Assembly: GCA_050952645.1 (NCBI GenBank)
Contig: JBMNLI010000017.1
Span: 96,001 to 160,000 of the forward strand
Source of the DNA: Bdellovibrionota bacterium
GTDB taxonomy: Bacteria; Bdellovibrionota_C; UBA2361; CAKMMH01
Direction of reading: 5' to 3'
DNA length: 64,000 bases
The notes beneath the pieces are model-generated. The model ran no database searches and was not told the DNA's origin. It saw only the letters and a list, made by a program, of their open reading frames with translations. The position numbers were made by a program, and so were the translations under genes. Below, in pieces: positions 40,434 to 50,690 of this stretch (the first letter of the stretch is position 1; each line of letters opens with the position of its first letter).

Positions 40434-40895
40434 ATGAACGTAGTTTTAGTAAATCCACAAATTCCGCAAAACACTGGCTCCATATCTAGAACGTGCGGAG
40501 CTACAAAAACCAAACTTAGACTAGTTGGAAAAATCGGGTTTGATATTAGCGATAAAGCCGTCAGGCGAGCCGGGCTAGATTATTGGCCTTATGTCGATAT
40601 AAAAACGCACGAAACTTGGGAAGATTACGTTTTAGAAAATAAAGACTCAAAGTTATGGCTCATATCTAAATTTGGCACGAGAGAATATTGGGATGCAAAT
40701 TTTTCTAAAGACGACTCTTTAGTTTTTGGAAGTGAAACTAAGGGTTTAGGAAAAGAGTTTTTAAGTAAATACGATGAAGCACAAATACTAAGAATCCCAA
40801 TGTCCTGCGAGCACGTAAGAAGCCTAAACTTAAGTAATGCAGTATCTATAGTACTCTACGAATCACTAAGACAGATAAGCTTAAAATCTCTTTAA
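40434..40895 (+). CDS. trmL: tRNA (cytidine34-2'-O)-methyltransferase
   Basis: PQIPQNTG, RRAGLDYW, FGSETKGL, RSLNLSN. Confidence 0.95.
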   Translation: MNVVLVNPQIPQNTGSISRTCGATKTKLRLVGKIGFDISDKAVRRAGLDYWPYVDIKTHETWEDYVLENKDSKLWLISKFGTREYWDANFSKDDSLVFGSETKGLGKEFLSKYDEAQILRIPMSCEHVRSLNLSNAVSIVLYESLRQISLKSL

Positions 40896-40940
40896 AGCAT
40901 AAAAGGAAATTGGCTTTAAATTTAACTTAATCTTAAACTT

Positions 40941-41070
40941 AAACTTTCCCTTGTTTTACGTATAAAATTTAATTTTAACTTTATAACCTAATCAAATAAT
41001 TTTTTAAAAAAGTTAAAAAACACTCAAATAAATTATAAAAATAAATTTTTAAAAATAGCAAACGTAAATG
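40941..41070 (+). mobile_element. MITE family B, copy 2 (partial)
   Basis: Aligns with 6701-6815; starts AAACTTTCCCTTGTTTTACGTAT. Confidence 0.65.
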
Positions 41071-41130
41071 CACGCCCTTTTAAGCTTAAGTTTTAAGCTT
41101 TTTAAAAAATTATATTTATATTTATATTTA

Positions 41131-41574
41131 TTATATTTCTATCATAATAGATACGGGACCATCGTTTTCTACGTAAACTTTCATATCGGCACCAAAAATC
41201 CCCTTTTCTACTTTTTTAATTTGACGAACGCTTTTACATATACAAAAAAAATCATCAAACATTTTGCTCGCCTCTTTAGGTTGCATAGCGCTTACAAACT
41301 CTGGGCGTCTTCCATGCGAAGTATCGGCAAAAAGTGTAAATTGTGGAATTAACAAAAGCTCCCCTTTTATATCGCACAAAGAATAATCGAATCTTCCACT
41401 ATCATTTGAAAATATTCTTAGATTGATAATCTTCTCTTTCATCTTTTCAAGATTAACTTTCGTATCGTGCACACCAAAGCCTACAAAAATAGTTAACCCC
41501 TTTTCTATACTTCCAACCGTTTTACCGTCTACTTTTACGTAAGATTTTAAACATCGCTGTAATAAAACTTTCAT
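41131..41574 (-). CDS. dtd: D-aminoacyl-tRNA deacylase
   Basis: LRIF, PQFTL, GRRP.F, FGADM.V...NDGPV. Confidence 0.95.
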   Translation of the reverse strand: MKVLLQRCLKSYVKVDGKTVGSIEKGLTIFVGFGVHDTKVNLEKMKEKIINLRIFSNDSGRFDYSLCDIKGELLLIPQFTLFADTSHGRRPEFVSAMQPKEASKMFDDFFCICKSVRQIKKVEKGIFGADMKVYVENDGPVSIMIEI

Positions 41575-41782
41575 ACACCCCTCTCCCACCTTTTACATAT
41601 TTTGCCAATATTTACACACAAAATTTAGGACGCAAACTAAATGTCCATTTGAAAAAACACTCTAAGGAATGTATGATATCTTAAAAATAATTTTTAGAAT
41701 AGTTTTTAAAATAACTACTTATAAAATAAAATTTTAAATAAAAATATTATTTAAAAAAATTATGTAAAAAGATAAATCGAAT

Positions 41783-42544
41783 ATGAAAGATGAAACTATA
41801 GGTATTTTAGGAGCGATAAAAGATGAGATCTCTTGGATATTTCCTTTACTAAAAGAGCAAAGACAAGAAAAAATAGGAAATAGAAAATACTACATAGGAA
41901 AGCTTAATAATAAAAATATTGTCGCTTCCTACTCGGGGTACGGAAAAGTAGCATCATCGCTTACAGCTACCACTTTAATTACAAAGCATAACGTAGACTT
42001 AATAATTTTCGTAGGAGTTGCAGGGGCGCTAAAAAAACTAGTATCCATAGGGGATATCGTAATAGGTAAAAATTTCTATCAGCACGACGTATCCGCTAGC
42101 CCTACATTTAAAAAATTTATGCTACCTTTTCAAAAAACTCCTTTTATAAAAGGAAATGATAAGTTAATTAAAAAAGCTAAAGCAGGAGTAGAAAAATTTT
42201 TAACTAATCCAAATTTTAAAAATTTATTTAGCCAAAATGTCTTAAATGATTTTAATATTAAACACCCAAAATTATTTATAGAAGATATCACATCTAGCGA
42301 TAAAGCCGTGTTAAAAAAAGATGAAAAACTTTCCTTAGCTAAAGACCTGCCAAGCGCATTTGCAGTCGACATGGAGGGAGGTGCCATCTCGCAAGTATGC
42401 GAAGATTTTAGCACTCCCTTTGTAATTATTAGAGTCATTTTTGATGATATAAATAGTAGTGATAATTTAAACTTAAAAATATTTTTAACCGATTTAACTA
42501 GCGTATATTTTAAAGAGATTATAACTTATCTTTTAGAGCCATAA
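41783..42544 (+). CDS. mtnN: 5'-methylthioadenosine/S-adenosylhomocysteine nucleosidase
   Basis: IGILGA..E, SGYGKV, GVAGAL, GDIV, QHD, DMEGGAI.QVC. Confidence 0.88.
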   Translation: MKDETIGILGAIKDEISWIFPLLKEQRQEKIGNRKYYIGKLNNKNIVASYSGYGKVASSLTATTLITKHNVDLIIFVGVAGALKKLVSIGDIVIGKNFYQHDVSASPTFKKFMLPFQKTPFIKGNDKLIKKAKAGVEKFLTNPNFKNLFSQNVLNDFNIKHPKLFIEDITSSDKAVLKKDEKLSLAKDLPSAFAVDMEGGAISQVCEDFSTPFVIIRVIFDDINSSDNLNLKIFLTDLTSVYFKEIITYLLEP

Positions 42545-43640
42545 TTCTATTGTACGAAACATCTATTTGTTTTTTTGATATCGTGCCTTTCTTTATGGCA
42601 TCTTTTACAGCTATTATCACTCCGTCTAATATAGGAGTGCCGTTATAATACTCATTACTAAAAAGCAACATATCGACGCCTGCATTTAGAGATAAGATTA
42701 CCGCATCTTCAAAAGAATAATTTTTCTTTATTGCAGCCATAGTTAAATCATCTGAAACGACAACGCCATTATATCCTAGCTCTTTTCTTAATACTCCATT
42801 TATAATTTTTTTTGAAAGTGTCGCTACGTATTCATCATCTAAATTTTTATTAAAAATATGTGCAGTCATTATCGTATCGATTAAATTATTTTTAATTAAA
42901 ATTTTATAAGGCATCAACTCTTCTTTAGACCAAGTGTCGGATACGTCTACAAAATCCTTATGAGGGTCTAAGTAAGCGCTTCCGTACCCTGGAAAATGTT
43001 TTATAGATGTTAGAATATTTTTATTTCTATGTTCTCTTATAAAAATCGAAGCTAAAATGGAAACTTTAGTAAAGTCTTTTGAAAACATTCTTTCATATTG
43101 GCCTAAAGCCTTAGAGTTTTCGTTTATGTTTAAATCTACTACGGGGGCTAAGTTAAAATTAATGTTTACTTTACTTAATTTATCTGCGATAGTCCTACTC
43201 CAAACTCGCATCTCTTTAAAGCTCTTTCTATCGGCTATTACTCTAGCTGAGCTAGTTTCTGCAAAACCATTATAAGCGTTAAGCCTTGAAACATAGCCTC
43301 CTTCTTCATCGATAGCGATTAGTGCTTTTTTATTTGCTTTTTTAATATCTTTACATAATTTAGCTACTTGCTTTTTGTTTTTGATATTTTTAATTTTACC
43401 ATCAGGTTTTTTTTCATACAATAGCACTCCACCTAAGTTTTTATTTTTAAGTGCATCGTAAATGCTCGTGTTTTTAGATAACTTCGTGCCATCAAAGCCT
43501 ACTATCACCATATTTGCTATTTTATAATCTAAGGATTTAGCATCAACGCATTTAAAGTAGCCACAAACTATGAAAGTTATAAATAACAAGCTTATTATAA
43601 TAGGAAACTTCTTATAAAACTTGAATTTTCTTTGAGACAT
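42519..43640 (-). CDS. Glycoside hydrolase family 3 (beta-N-acetylhexosaminidase-like)
   Basis: IDEEGG.V.R, APVVD, KHFPG.G....D.H, IMTAH, SDDL.M.A. Confidence 0.92.
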   Translation of the reverse strand: MSQRKFKFYKKFPIIISLLFITFIVCGYFKCVDAKSLDYKIANMVIVGFDGTKLSKNTSIYDALKNKNLGGVLLYEKKPDGKIKNIKNKKQVAKLCKDIKKANKKALIAIDEEGGYVSRLNAYNGFAETSSARVIADRKSFKEMRVWSRTIADKLSKVNINFNLAPVVDLNINENSKALGQYERMFSKDFTKVSILASIFIREHRNKNILTSIKHFPGYGSAYLDPHKDFVDVSDTWSKEELMPYKILIKNNLIDTIMTAHIFNKNLDDEYVATLSKKIINGVLRKELGYNGVVVSDDLTMAAIKKNYSFEDAVILSLNAGVDMLLFSNEYYNGTPILDGVIIAVKDAIKKGTISKKQIDVSYNRIMALKDKL

Positions 43641-44253
43641 TTATCGATATAACCTTATTTAAATTATTATTTTTATCTTGCATAAAATTTTTACTTGCAG
43701 CTTTATTTACTACTTTCTTTTCTATTTTATTTTCTAAGTTATTTTCTAAGTTATCTTTAAAATTATCTTCTAGGGCATTTTCAATATTTTTATCGATTTT
43801 AGCGCTATCTGCTTTACTTAGCTTTAACATTTTATCTAACTCTTTTAATACTGCATTAAGAGCTTGATTTTTTGATTTTAACGAAACTAGCTCAAAAGAT
43901 ATTTTAGTAGATTTTGCAAAATCATCATTCCGAGTGGCCTTTAATAATTCAGACTTTTTATCATTAAAATTATTTAGCTCAAAGACGTGCTCTGTTTTAA
44001 ATTTTTCATATAATTTAAATGATTTTGAAATTAAAGTTTTTTGGTCATAAAAATCATTTAGTAGCGTTTCTAGTTCTGCTACTAGCTCTAAATTTACATT
44101 TTTCCACTCTACTATTTGAAGTTTCGAGTAAGAGAGCGTATTTGAATGGAATGGATGCTCTTGGGCGTTTAACAGCTCACTATATAACTTTGAAGCTTGC
44201 CTACTTTTTTGTAGTAGCGATATTAGTCTAGTTTTAAAAGTCGATTTATCCAT
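43612..44253 (-). CDS. Hypothetical protein
   Basis: 213-aa helical ORF overlapping the GH3 start. Confidence 0.7.
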   Translation of the reverse strand: MDKSTFKTRLISLLQKSRQASKLYSELLNAQEHPFHSNTLSYSKLQIVEWKNVNLELVAELETLLNDFYDQKTLISKSFKLYEKFKTEHVFELNNFNDKKSELLKATRNDDFAKSTKISFELVSLKSKNQALNAVLKELDKMLKLSKADSAKIDKNIENALEDNFKDNLENNLENKIEKKVVNKAASKNFMQDKNNNLNKVISINVSKKIQVL

Positions 44254-44523
44254 TATTATTTGTATAAATTTTTATAAACTTGCATAAGCAATCTAAATAG
44301 TTTCTTTATTAAAGTCCCTTTATTATAAGTAATATAATTTTAAAAACAATAATCGACGCATAAAAAACTAAATACTTTTAAATATCTCTAATATTTTGTA
44401 AGATTATATCTTGTGAGTGCATTATGTATCTTAAACTATATAAACTTTTAAAAATTAACTTAAATATAAAAATAAACTTAAAAAATTTAACTTCAAAAAA
44501 ATTATTGGGAGCTTAAAAGCATT

Positions 44524-45996
44524 ATGCAAAAAGATGTAATTATTATCGGTTCTGGTCCAGGGGGCTACATAGCTGCAATAGAGTGTGCAAAAAGAAACAG
44601 AAAAGTTTCACTAATAGAGATGGGCGATATTGGAGGGGTATGCTTAAATTACGGTTGCATGCCTACTAAAGCTTTGCTTCATAGTGCTAAAGAGGTTTTA
44701 AGCGTAAGAAATGCAAAAGAGCGTTCTATAATTTCTTTAGATGATTTTACGATTAACTACCCAAAGATTATTCAAAACTCTAGAGAAAAAGTTTTAAAAT
44801 TGCAAAATGGCGTAAGATTTTTAATGAAAAAATATAATGTAGAAATTATAAATGCTAAAGCAACATTTAAAAGCAAAAATGAGGTAGAATTAGAAATTAA
44901 CAATTTAGAAAATGGTAATTTAGATAAAAATAATTTAGATAAAATTAGCGGGAAAGGAACGATAACTTTTAACGATGCTATTATTGCTACGGGAAGCACA
45001 CCTAGAGTGCTTCCTAATATTCTAGTCAATGGGATAAACGTTCATAACTCAAAAACTTTTTTAGTAAATGAAAAAATGCCTAAAAATGTACTTATTATAG
45101 GGTCTGGCTCGATAGGTCTTGAGTTTGCTTCATTTTTAAATGCGTTAGGCGTTAATGTTATAATCGTTGAGGCTTTAGATAAGGTTATGCCTCAAGCGGA
45201 TGCTACAATTTCTAATACATTAAAGAGAAGTTTACAAAATAGAGGGATAACTATTCACACATCTTCGAGTATTTCTAGTTTTGAAAATAAGAATAATGAT
45301 ATAATAGATGTAGTTATAAAGAATAAAAAAGACGAAGAGATATCTTTTAAGGTAGACATGTGCTTAGTATCGATAGGAGTAGTCCCTAACACTAAAGATT
45401 TAGGATTAGAAAATGCTAATATTTTGCTAACTGAAAGGGGCTTTATAAAAGTAAATGATGATATGCAAACTAGCACGGCTAACATTTATGCCATAGGCGA
45501 TGTTATAGGGCTTCCTACGTTAGCGCACGTTGCAAGTAGAGAGGCTCTTATTGCGAGTGCTTCGTTATGTAGTAGTAGTAATAAATGTGATAGTGAATGT
45601 GATAATAAATGCAGTAATGAAAACAACACTGAAAGCAAGTTTAATAAAAATGTTATTCCTTATGGAACTTATAGTTTTCCTCAAGTTGCGAGCGTTGGAT
45701 TAACTGAGGAGCAAGCAAAGGCGCAGGATTTACCTTATAAGAGCGTTCGTATTCCGTTTTCAGCGAATGGCAAAGCGGTAGTTTCAGATGAAGACGAGGG
45801 TTTAATAAAACTTATATATGATACAGAAACTAAAAAAATATTAGGCTGTCATATTATTCAAGAAAACGCAGTCGAGTTAATTACGGAAATTACTTTAGCT
45901 ATAAACAATGATTTAACTTGCGATGATATAGCAAAGACTATCCACGCCCACCCTACTTTATCGGAGATAATAGCCGAGGTCTCAGCTCTCTTTTAA
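44524..45996 (+). CDS. lpdA: Dihydrolipoyl dehydrogenase
   Basis: GSGPGGY, GGVCLNYGCMPTK, ATGS, GSGSIGLE, AIGD, HAHPTLSE. Confidence 0.95.
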   Translation: MQKDVIIIGSGPGGYIAAIECAKRNRKVSLIEMGDIGGVCLNYGCMPTKALLHSAKEVLSVRNAKERSIISLDDFTINYPKIIQNSREKVLKLQNGVRFLMKKYNVEIINAKATFKSKNEVELEINNLENGNLDKNNLDKISGKGTITFNDAIIATGSTPRVLPNILVNGINVHNSKTFLVNEKMPKNVLIIGSGSIGLEFASFLNALGVNVIIVEALDKVMPQADATISNTLKRSLQNRGITIHTSSSISSFENKNNDIIDVVIKNKKDEEISFKVDMCLVSIGVVPNTKDLGLENANILLTERGFIKVNDDMQTSTANIYAIGDVIGLPTLAHVASREALIASASLCSSSNKCDSECDNKCSNENNTESKFNKNVIPYGTYSFPQVASVGLTEEQAKAQDLPYKSVRIPFSANGKAVVSDEDEGLIKLIYDTETKKILGCHIIQENAVELITEITLAINNDLTCDDIAKTIHAHPTLSEIIAEVSALF

Positions 45997-46076
45997 AGAA
46001 TAAGCTTACTCTCTTTTATTTCCTCATAGTTTATACTCTCGTTGTTTTATTAAACACTATTTAGAATACCAGTATC

Positions 46077-48689
46077 CTAGTGGGTCCATATTATGGTAAC
46101 CAACAATTTCACAATAAAGTTTTTTTCTTTATTATTGTTATCAATACACGATATAGGCTTTTTGAGTTTTTCAGAGCAAAATTCATAGGCCACCCAATAT
46201 TCACAGGATGGCTTTTCGAGCCTGCAACCATTTTCCGATACTATTATTTTATAGCTAGGTACTTCATGATAAGCAATTCCCATTATAGCGTGAGCCTCTA
46301 AAACAATCTCGCTTTGTCCACTTTCCCTAAGTAATTTTTGCATTTTTTCACAAAGAGTCTCATTCGTTTCTTGATCAGGCTTTTCCATATAATCCATAAC
46401 ATCTTCAATTCCTCCAAACCCGCTACAACCTCCATCTTTAACATTACATATAGAACAAGTTCCGCTAGAACAATCCATTACTAACTCAGGTAGTTTTTTT
46501 CCATTAAAATTACCAGAATGAGCTCGGAACTCTAAAGATAGAGTTTTGCATTGCGGATTTTTTTCTTTGTAATTTTTAACATATTCTTTTACATTATCTG
46601 ACACATAAGATATAACCAAATTAGAGTAAGCTCGTAGTCTTAATTTAAATTCCTTATACGTAAATTTTTCACAACCATCAAGACCAACTTTAGTAGGTGC
46701 TACAGCTTCAGACAAAATCTTACAATATTTTTTTTTATCTTTATTAAATTTTCTCTTAGATATTTTTTTTAATATTTGAAATTTTTTTAAGTCTACCAAT
46801 TCGGAATATCCGACATCCGTATTAAGATAACCCTCAGGATGAGAACAACTACTTTTCCATCTATTTACACATTCACCATTCTTATTATATTCACATCTTT
46901 GTATTATACTACCACCTTCATCGGTTTCAATAGAATTAATCATTCGCACTGCCGCAGCATGCACTAGCGATATTGTAGCAAAGCCTAATTGAGTACGACC
47001 ATCATGTAAATCCGTACAAGGAAGACGATCCCAATATTTAGAATCATAACACTTTCTTCTAACATATTCACGCATATATTCATATTGCTTTATATAATTT
47101 TCATTATTTTTACAGTGCTTATCTCTACACTGATAAACTTTAAAATCCTTAGGATTATTATCTTCATAAAAACATATATGACATTTATCAGCACAATCTT
47201 GAACATACTTAGGAGCTTTCTTCCCATCTAAATCTATTGCACTAGCTACTTTGCAATCTGTAATTTTAATATCATTAGAGTTGCTAGCCTTATAATTATT
47301 ACTGTCTTTATCTCCACCTTGTGGCATTACGTGTATTATATTTGAACACTTTCCGTTTACGCACTCTCTACCTTCACAATCTCTAAAGCTTTTACAAGGC
47401 GCCCCGAATGTACACATAGGAAGACTGCAAAATTTTTCTCCAAATTGTTTGTTTATTTCGTAAGACGTCATGCAAACCCCTCCACAACAATCTGCATCAC
47501 TTTCACAAGCGTGCTTTTTTACTTCACAAAAACAGTCTCTTTCTTTTTTAACACAACACGATACATTAGACTTTTCTTCGCTTGTAAGATTACCAAAAGC
47601 ACTCACATCACAACTATTTTCATTTCCTTCTTCTACTTGCTGTTTGCATGCATCATAACCAACAACAAGCTCATACCCTTCACCACAACACTCTTGTTTA
47701 TTATCTTTTTCGTCTGTAAATTTTATACATCTAGAAACTCCCATATGTGTTATGCAAATATCTTCTCCGCAACCTCCATTATTCACACAACATTCACTAG
47801 TAGCTTGGTAATCTCCAAAATCACTCTCTAGAAACATCGCTACATCTTCATCGCTAAGCGCATCTATTGCATCTTTTAAGTAATCTTTTTTAGTATTATC
47901 ACTATCATTCTTAACATTATTAGAAGCTTTACTATAAGACACTGCTTTACTTTTTATTGTAGCTTGGCTTTTATTGGCACTAGGAGTGCTTTTAGCATAA
48001 CTTTGCGAGTCTCTCATATAACTAGGAACTGTACCTATGCTTTTAACAGAGCTAACAGCACCAACACTTTTAGCATTTTTAACATAGTTAGAAGCTTTAC
48101 TATAAGACACTGCTTTACTTTTTATTGTAGCTTGGCTTTTATTGGCACTAGGAGTGCTTTTAGCATAACTTTGCGAGTCTCTCATATAACTAGGAACTGT
48201 ACCTATGCTTTTAACAGGGCTAACAGCACCAACACTTTTAGCATTTTTAACATAGTTAGAAGCTTTACTATAAGACACTGCTTTACTTTTTATTGTAGCT
48301 TGGCTTTTATTGGCACTAGGAGTGCTTTTAGCATAACTTTGCGAGTCTCTCATATAACTAGGAACTGTACCTATGCTTTTAACAGGGCTAACAGCACCAA
48401 CACTTTTAGCATTTTTAACATAGTTAGAAGCACTCTTCATATAGCTAGGATATAGATTATAGCTAGGTGCTGAATACGCACTTCCTCTACTTTGTGCTAA
48501 TGCATCACTATAAAAAATAAAACTAAAACTTAAAATTAGAAAAAAACTTAAGAAAGATTTCTTAAGGTTGGTTGGTTGGTTGGTTGATTGGTTGGTTGGT
48601 TGGTTGGCTGGTTGGTTGGTTGGTTGGCTGGTTGGTTGGTTGGTTGGTTGGTTGGTGCAAGAATAATGCCAACATTTATTTATTCTCAT
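46077..48689 (-). CDS. Large secreted Cys-rich repeat protein with 5' SSR
   Basis: TNQP repeats, signal peptide ending ALA|Q, 3x56-aa repeats, Cys-rich C-terminal two-thirds. Confidence 0.82.
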   Translation of the reverse strand: MRINKCWHYSCTNQPTNQPTSQPTNQPANQPTNQSTNQPTNLKKSFLSFFLILSFSFIFYSDALAQSRGSAYSAPSYNLYPSYMKSASNYVKNAKSVGAVSPVKSIGTVPSYMRDSQSYAKSTPSANKSQATIKSKAVSYSKASNYVKNAKSVGAVSPVKSIGTVPSYMRDSQSYAKSTPSANKSQATIKSKAVSYSKASNYVKNAKSVGAVSSVKSIGTVPSYMRDSQSYAKSTPSANKSQATIKSKAVSYSKASNNVKNDSDNTKKDYLKDAIDALSDEDVAMFLESDFGDYQATSECCVNNGGCGEDICITHMGVSRCIKFTDEKDNKQECCGEGYELVVGYDACKQQVEEGNENSCDVSAFGNLTSEEKSNVSCCVKKERDCFCEVKKHACESDADCCGGVCMTSYEINKQFGEKFCSLPMCTFGAPCKSFRDCEGRECVNGKCSNIIHVMPQGGDKDSNNYKASNSNDIKITDCKVASAIDLDGKKAPKYVQDCADKCHICFYEDNNPKDFKVYQCRDKHCKNNENYIKQYEYMREYVRRKCYDSKYWDRLPCTDLHDGRTQLGFATISLVHAAAVRMINSIETDEGGSIIQRCEYNKNGECVNRWKSSCSHPEGYLNTDVGYSELVDLKKFQILKKISKRKFNKDKKKYCKILSEAVAPTKVGLDGCEKFTYKEFKLRLRAYSNLVISYVSDNVKEYVKNYKEKNPQCKTLSLEFRAHSGNFNGKKLPELVMDCSSGTCSICNVKDGGCSGFGGIEDVMDYMEKPDQETNETLCEKMQKLLRESGQSEIVLEAHAIMGIAYHEVPSYKIIVSENGCRLEKPSCEYWVAYEFCSEKLKKPISCIDNNNKEKNFIVKLLVTIIWTH
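47906..48431. repeat. 168-bp tandem repeat x3 plus partial copy
   Basis: TAGAAGC anchors at 47921, 48089, 48257, 48425 (spacing 168); copies nearly identical. Confidence 0.95.
48566..48656. repeat. Tetranucleotide SSR (GGTT)n / (AACC)n, ~22-23 units with 3 variant units
   Basis: Directly visible; lies 33 nt after the ATG of 46077-48689. Confidence 0.97.
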
Positions 48690-49303
48690 ATTTTTCCCTT
48701 TTTTTTATAAAAAATATATTTATTTAAAATTATTCTAACTTTGTAGTTTATCGGGTAAAATGCTAATAAAACTTTAACCTAAAAAACTACTTACTAACTC
48801 TTAACCGTTTATACATTAAATGCAAAATAAATTTTTTAGTTTCATTTTTGATTAAATTTAAAAAACAAAACTAGCAACGTATTGATTTTATTATATTAAA
48901 AAAAATACATTTTTGCGTTTCTTTATATTAATATTTTTCTTTACTCTCTGCATTTAAACCTAAAAATTAAGCCTTTTAAAAAAGCCTTAAAAGAAAACAC
49001 GAAAACTAAAATTAAATAATACCTAGGGGGTTATTTACTTTAGGGTTATTTACTCGATAATTTAATTTAAACGTGAAGTGCCGTTTCTTTTTCCTTTTTA
49101 ATTTTCTTTTTTTGATTGAAACAAAAATATTGTAAATTGTAATATTTAATTTAGATGCTTCGTTTATTTCGATGTATCTTACTAAAAAAAGTTCATATAG
49201 TCTTCATATAGTCTTTATATAGTCTAATGGCTCTATTTATATTTTTTTATAAGCTCCTTTAAAAATTACTAAGTCCCTTTAATAGCCTTATTTCTAATAA
49301 TAT

Positions 49304-49332
49304 TTGACTAAAACTAATTTTATTTTTAAAAT
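49304..49332 (+). promoter_or_regulatory. Sigma70-like promoter upstream of 49398
   Basis: TTGACT-17 bp-TAAAAT. Confidence 0.5.
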
Positions 49333-49397
49333 GTCCTGATATGTTTTAACGCTTCAGAAATTATACTTATACTTAAAGCATAGAAAGAGAGGCGAAA

Positions 49398-50504
49398 ATG
49401 TCTAAAGTAAATGATATTGTTAGACATAATTTAGAAGGTTGGCACAGTGCCAAGTTCTTAGAATGTTTTTTTTCATTGGATTTAGAAGGTGTAATAAAAG
49501 CATTAAATTCGATAGAAAGTGATGAATGGAAAAGGTTGATTAACAACACCGATATAATTCGGGTAATTCATCTCTACTACTTAATGCTTAGGGCAATTCA
49601 GCCTAACGGCGAACAAGATGAAATTAGTGCAAATAAAATCATTAGGTTTATTGAGGGAAACAAGTTAATAATTCTTCCACACGAAGATGAAGAAGCTTTT
49701 GGTGCAGATGAATACACGATAAAGCTTATAGCAGAAGATGCTGCAAAGGCTTTAAGAGAAGAGGACCAGCATGCCTTTGAAGTGCTAGATGCAATAGATA
49801 AAAAAGTTGCAGAGGCGATTTTAGACTTGCCTCAAACTTTCCAAATGCTCGAAGAAAGGCTTGACATTTGGGCCTCCTACAACAACACCATAGTTGGTAA
49901 TAAGGGGCAACCACCGAGTGAATACTATAATGCAGAAGAATTTCTTCGCTTTGCGTATGAAAATAAATTGATGTCAGATGAGGAAAATAACATCATATAT
50001 CGCATCAATGAAAAAGTGCAAAGCTACCTTGCTAAAACATTAAACGACTACTCTCCCTCTTTGCCAAATAAACTTTGGGCATATATGGCTAAGGAAGAGC
50101 AAGAAAGGTTTATAAGAGACCAAAAAAACCAAAACAAGGAAGAATCTTTTGCGTGCGAAGGTAATGATAAAAGTGCCGCTGATTTCTTCGTAAGGATACT
50201 ATTAAGTTGTTTTATAAATGGCGACTTTGCTACTGCTAAAGTGATCGTCAACTTAAGTTGTAGAAAAGAAATCATTGAAGCCCTTGAGAATTCTATTTGG
50301 TATTTCCCAATGGTTCGTGCTTCAATTAATATTTTAAATCCTGCTAGGAACGAGGGAAACAATCTTCTTGATCCTAACAGAGACGCTCCCTCTCGCCAAG
50401 CGAATAGTAAATGTATTAAGGCTCTTATGGATTGGGCAGAAAAGTTTAACCATTTCGTAGTAAAAGATGAAAATTTGTTTTCTTCTTCTTTTAGCGAAGA
50501 ATAA
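49398..50504 (+). CDS. Hypothetical acidic helical protein
   Basis: 368-aa ORF with GAGG RBS, candidate promoter and terminator. Confidence 0.8.
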   Translation: MSKVNDIVRHNLEGWHSAKFLECFFSLDLEGVIKALNSIESDEWKRLINNTDIIRVIHLYYLMLRAIQPNGEQDEISANKIIRFIEGNKLIILPHEDEEAFGADEYTIKLIAEDAAKALREEDQHAFEVLDAIDKKVAEAILDLPQTFQMLEERLDIWASYNNTIVGNKGQPPSEYYNAEEFLRFAYENKLMSDEENNIIYRINEKVQSYLAKTLNDYSPSLPNKLWAYMAKEEQERFIRDQKNQNKEESFACEGNDKSAADFFVRILLSCFINGDFATAKVIVNLSCRKEIIEALENSIWYFPMVRASINILNPARNEGNNLLDPNRDAPSRQANSKCIKALMDWAEKFNHFVVKDENLFSSSFSEE

Positions 50505-50588
50505 ACTTGCAAGGCTATCCCTCCTTACGAAGTCTTAGAGCGTTGCTTTAGAGCGTTTTTGAAACATCGCTTTTGAAACATAACATAG

Positions 50589-50627
50589 TAGCCCTTTTTC
50601 ATTTTACGTAAAAAGGGCTATTTTTTT
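50589..50627 (+). terminator. Intrinsic terminator
   Basis: TAGCCCTTTTT-loop-AAAAAGGGCTA followed by T7. Confidence 0.8.
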
Positions 50628-50690
50628 ATTTATCTTATCTTTTACTATCAGTTGCTATCTATTTACTTATCAGTTTTTTATTATATCCTC

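Noticed and set aside
47906..48431. Possible CRISPR array or DGR TR/VR pair
   Set aside because: Contiguous in-frame 168-bp units with no unique spacers and no adenine-specific variation.
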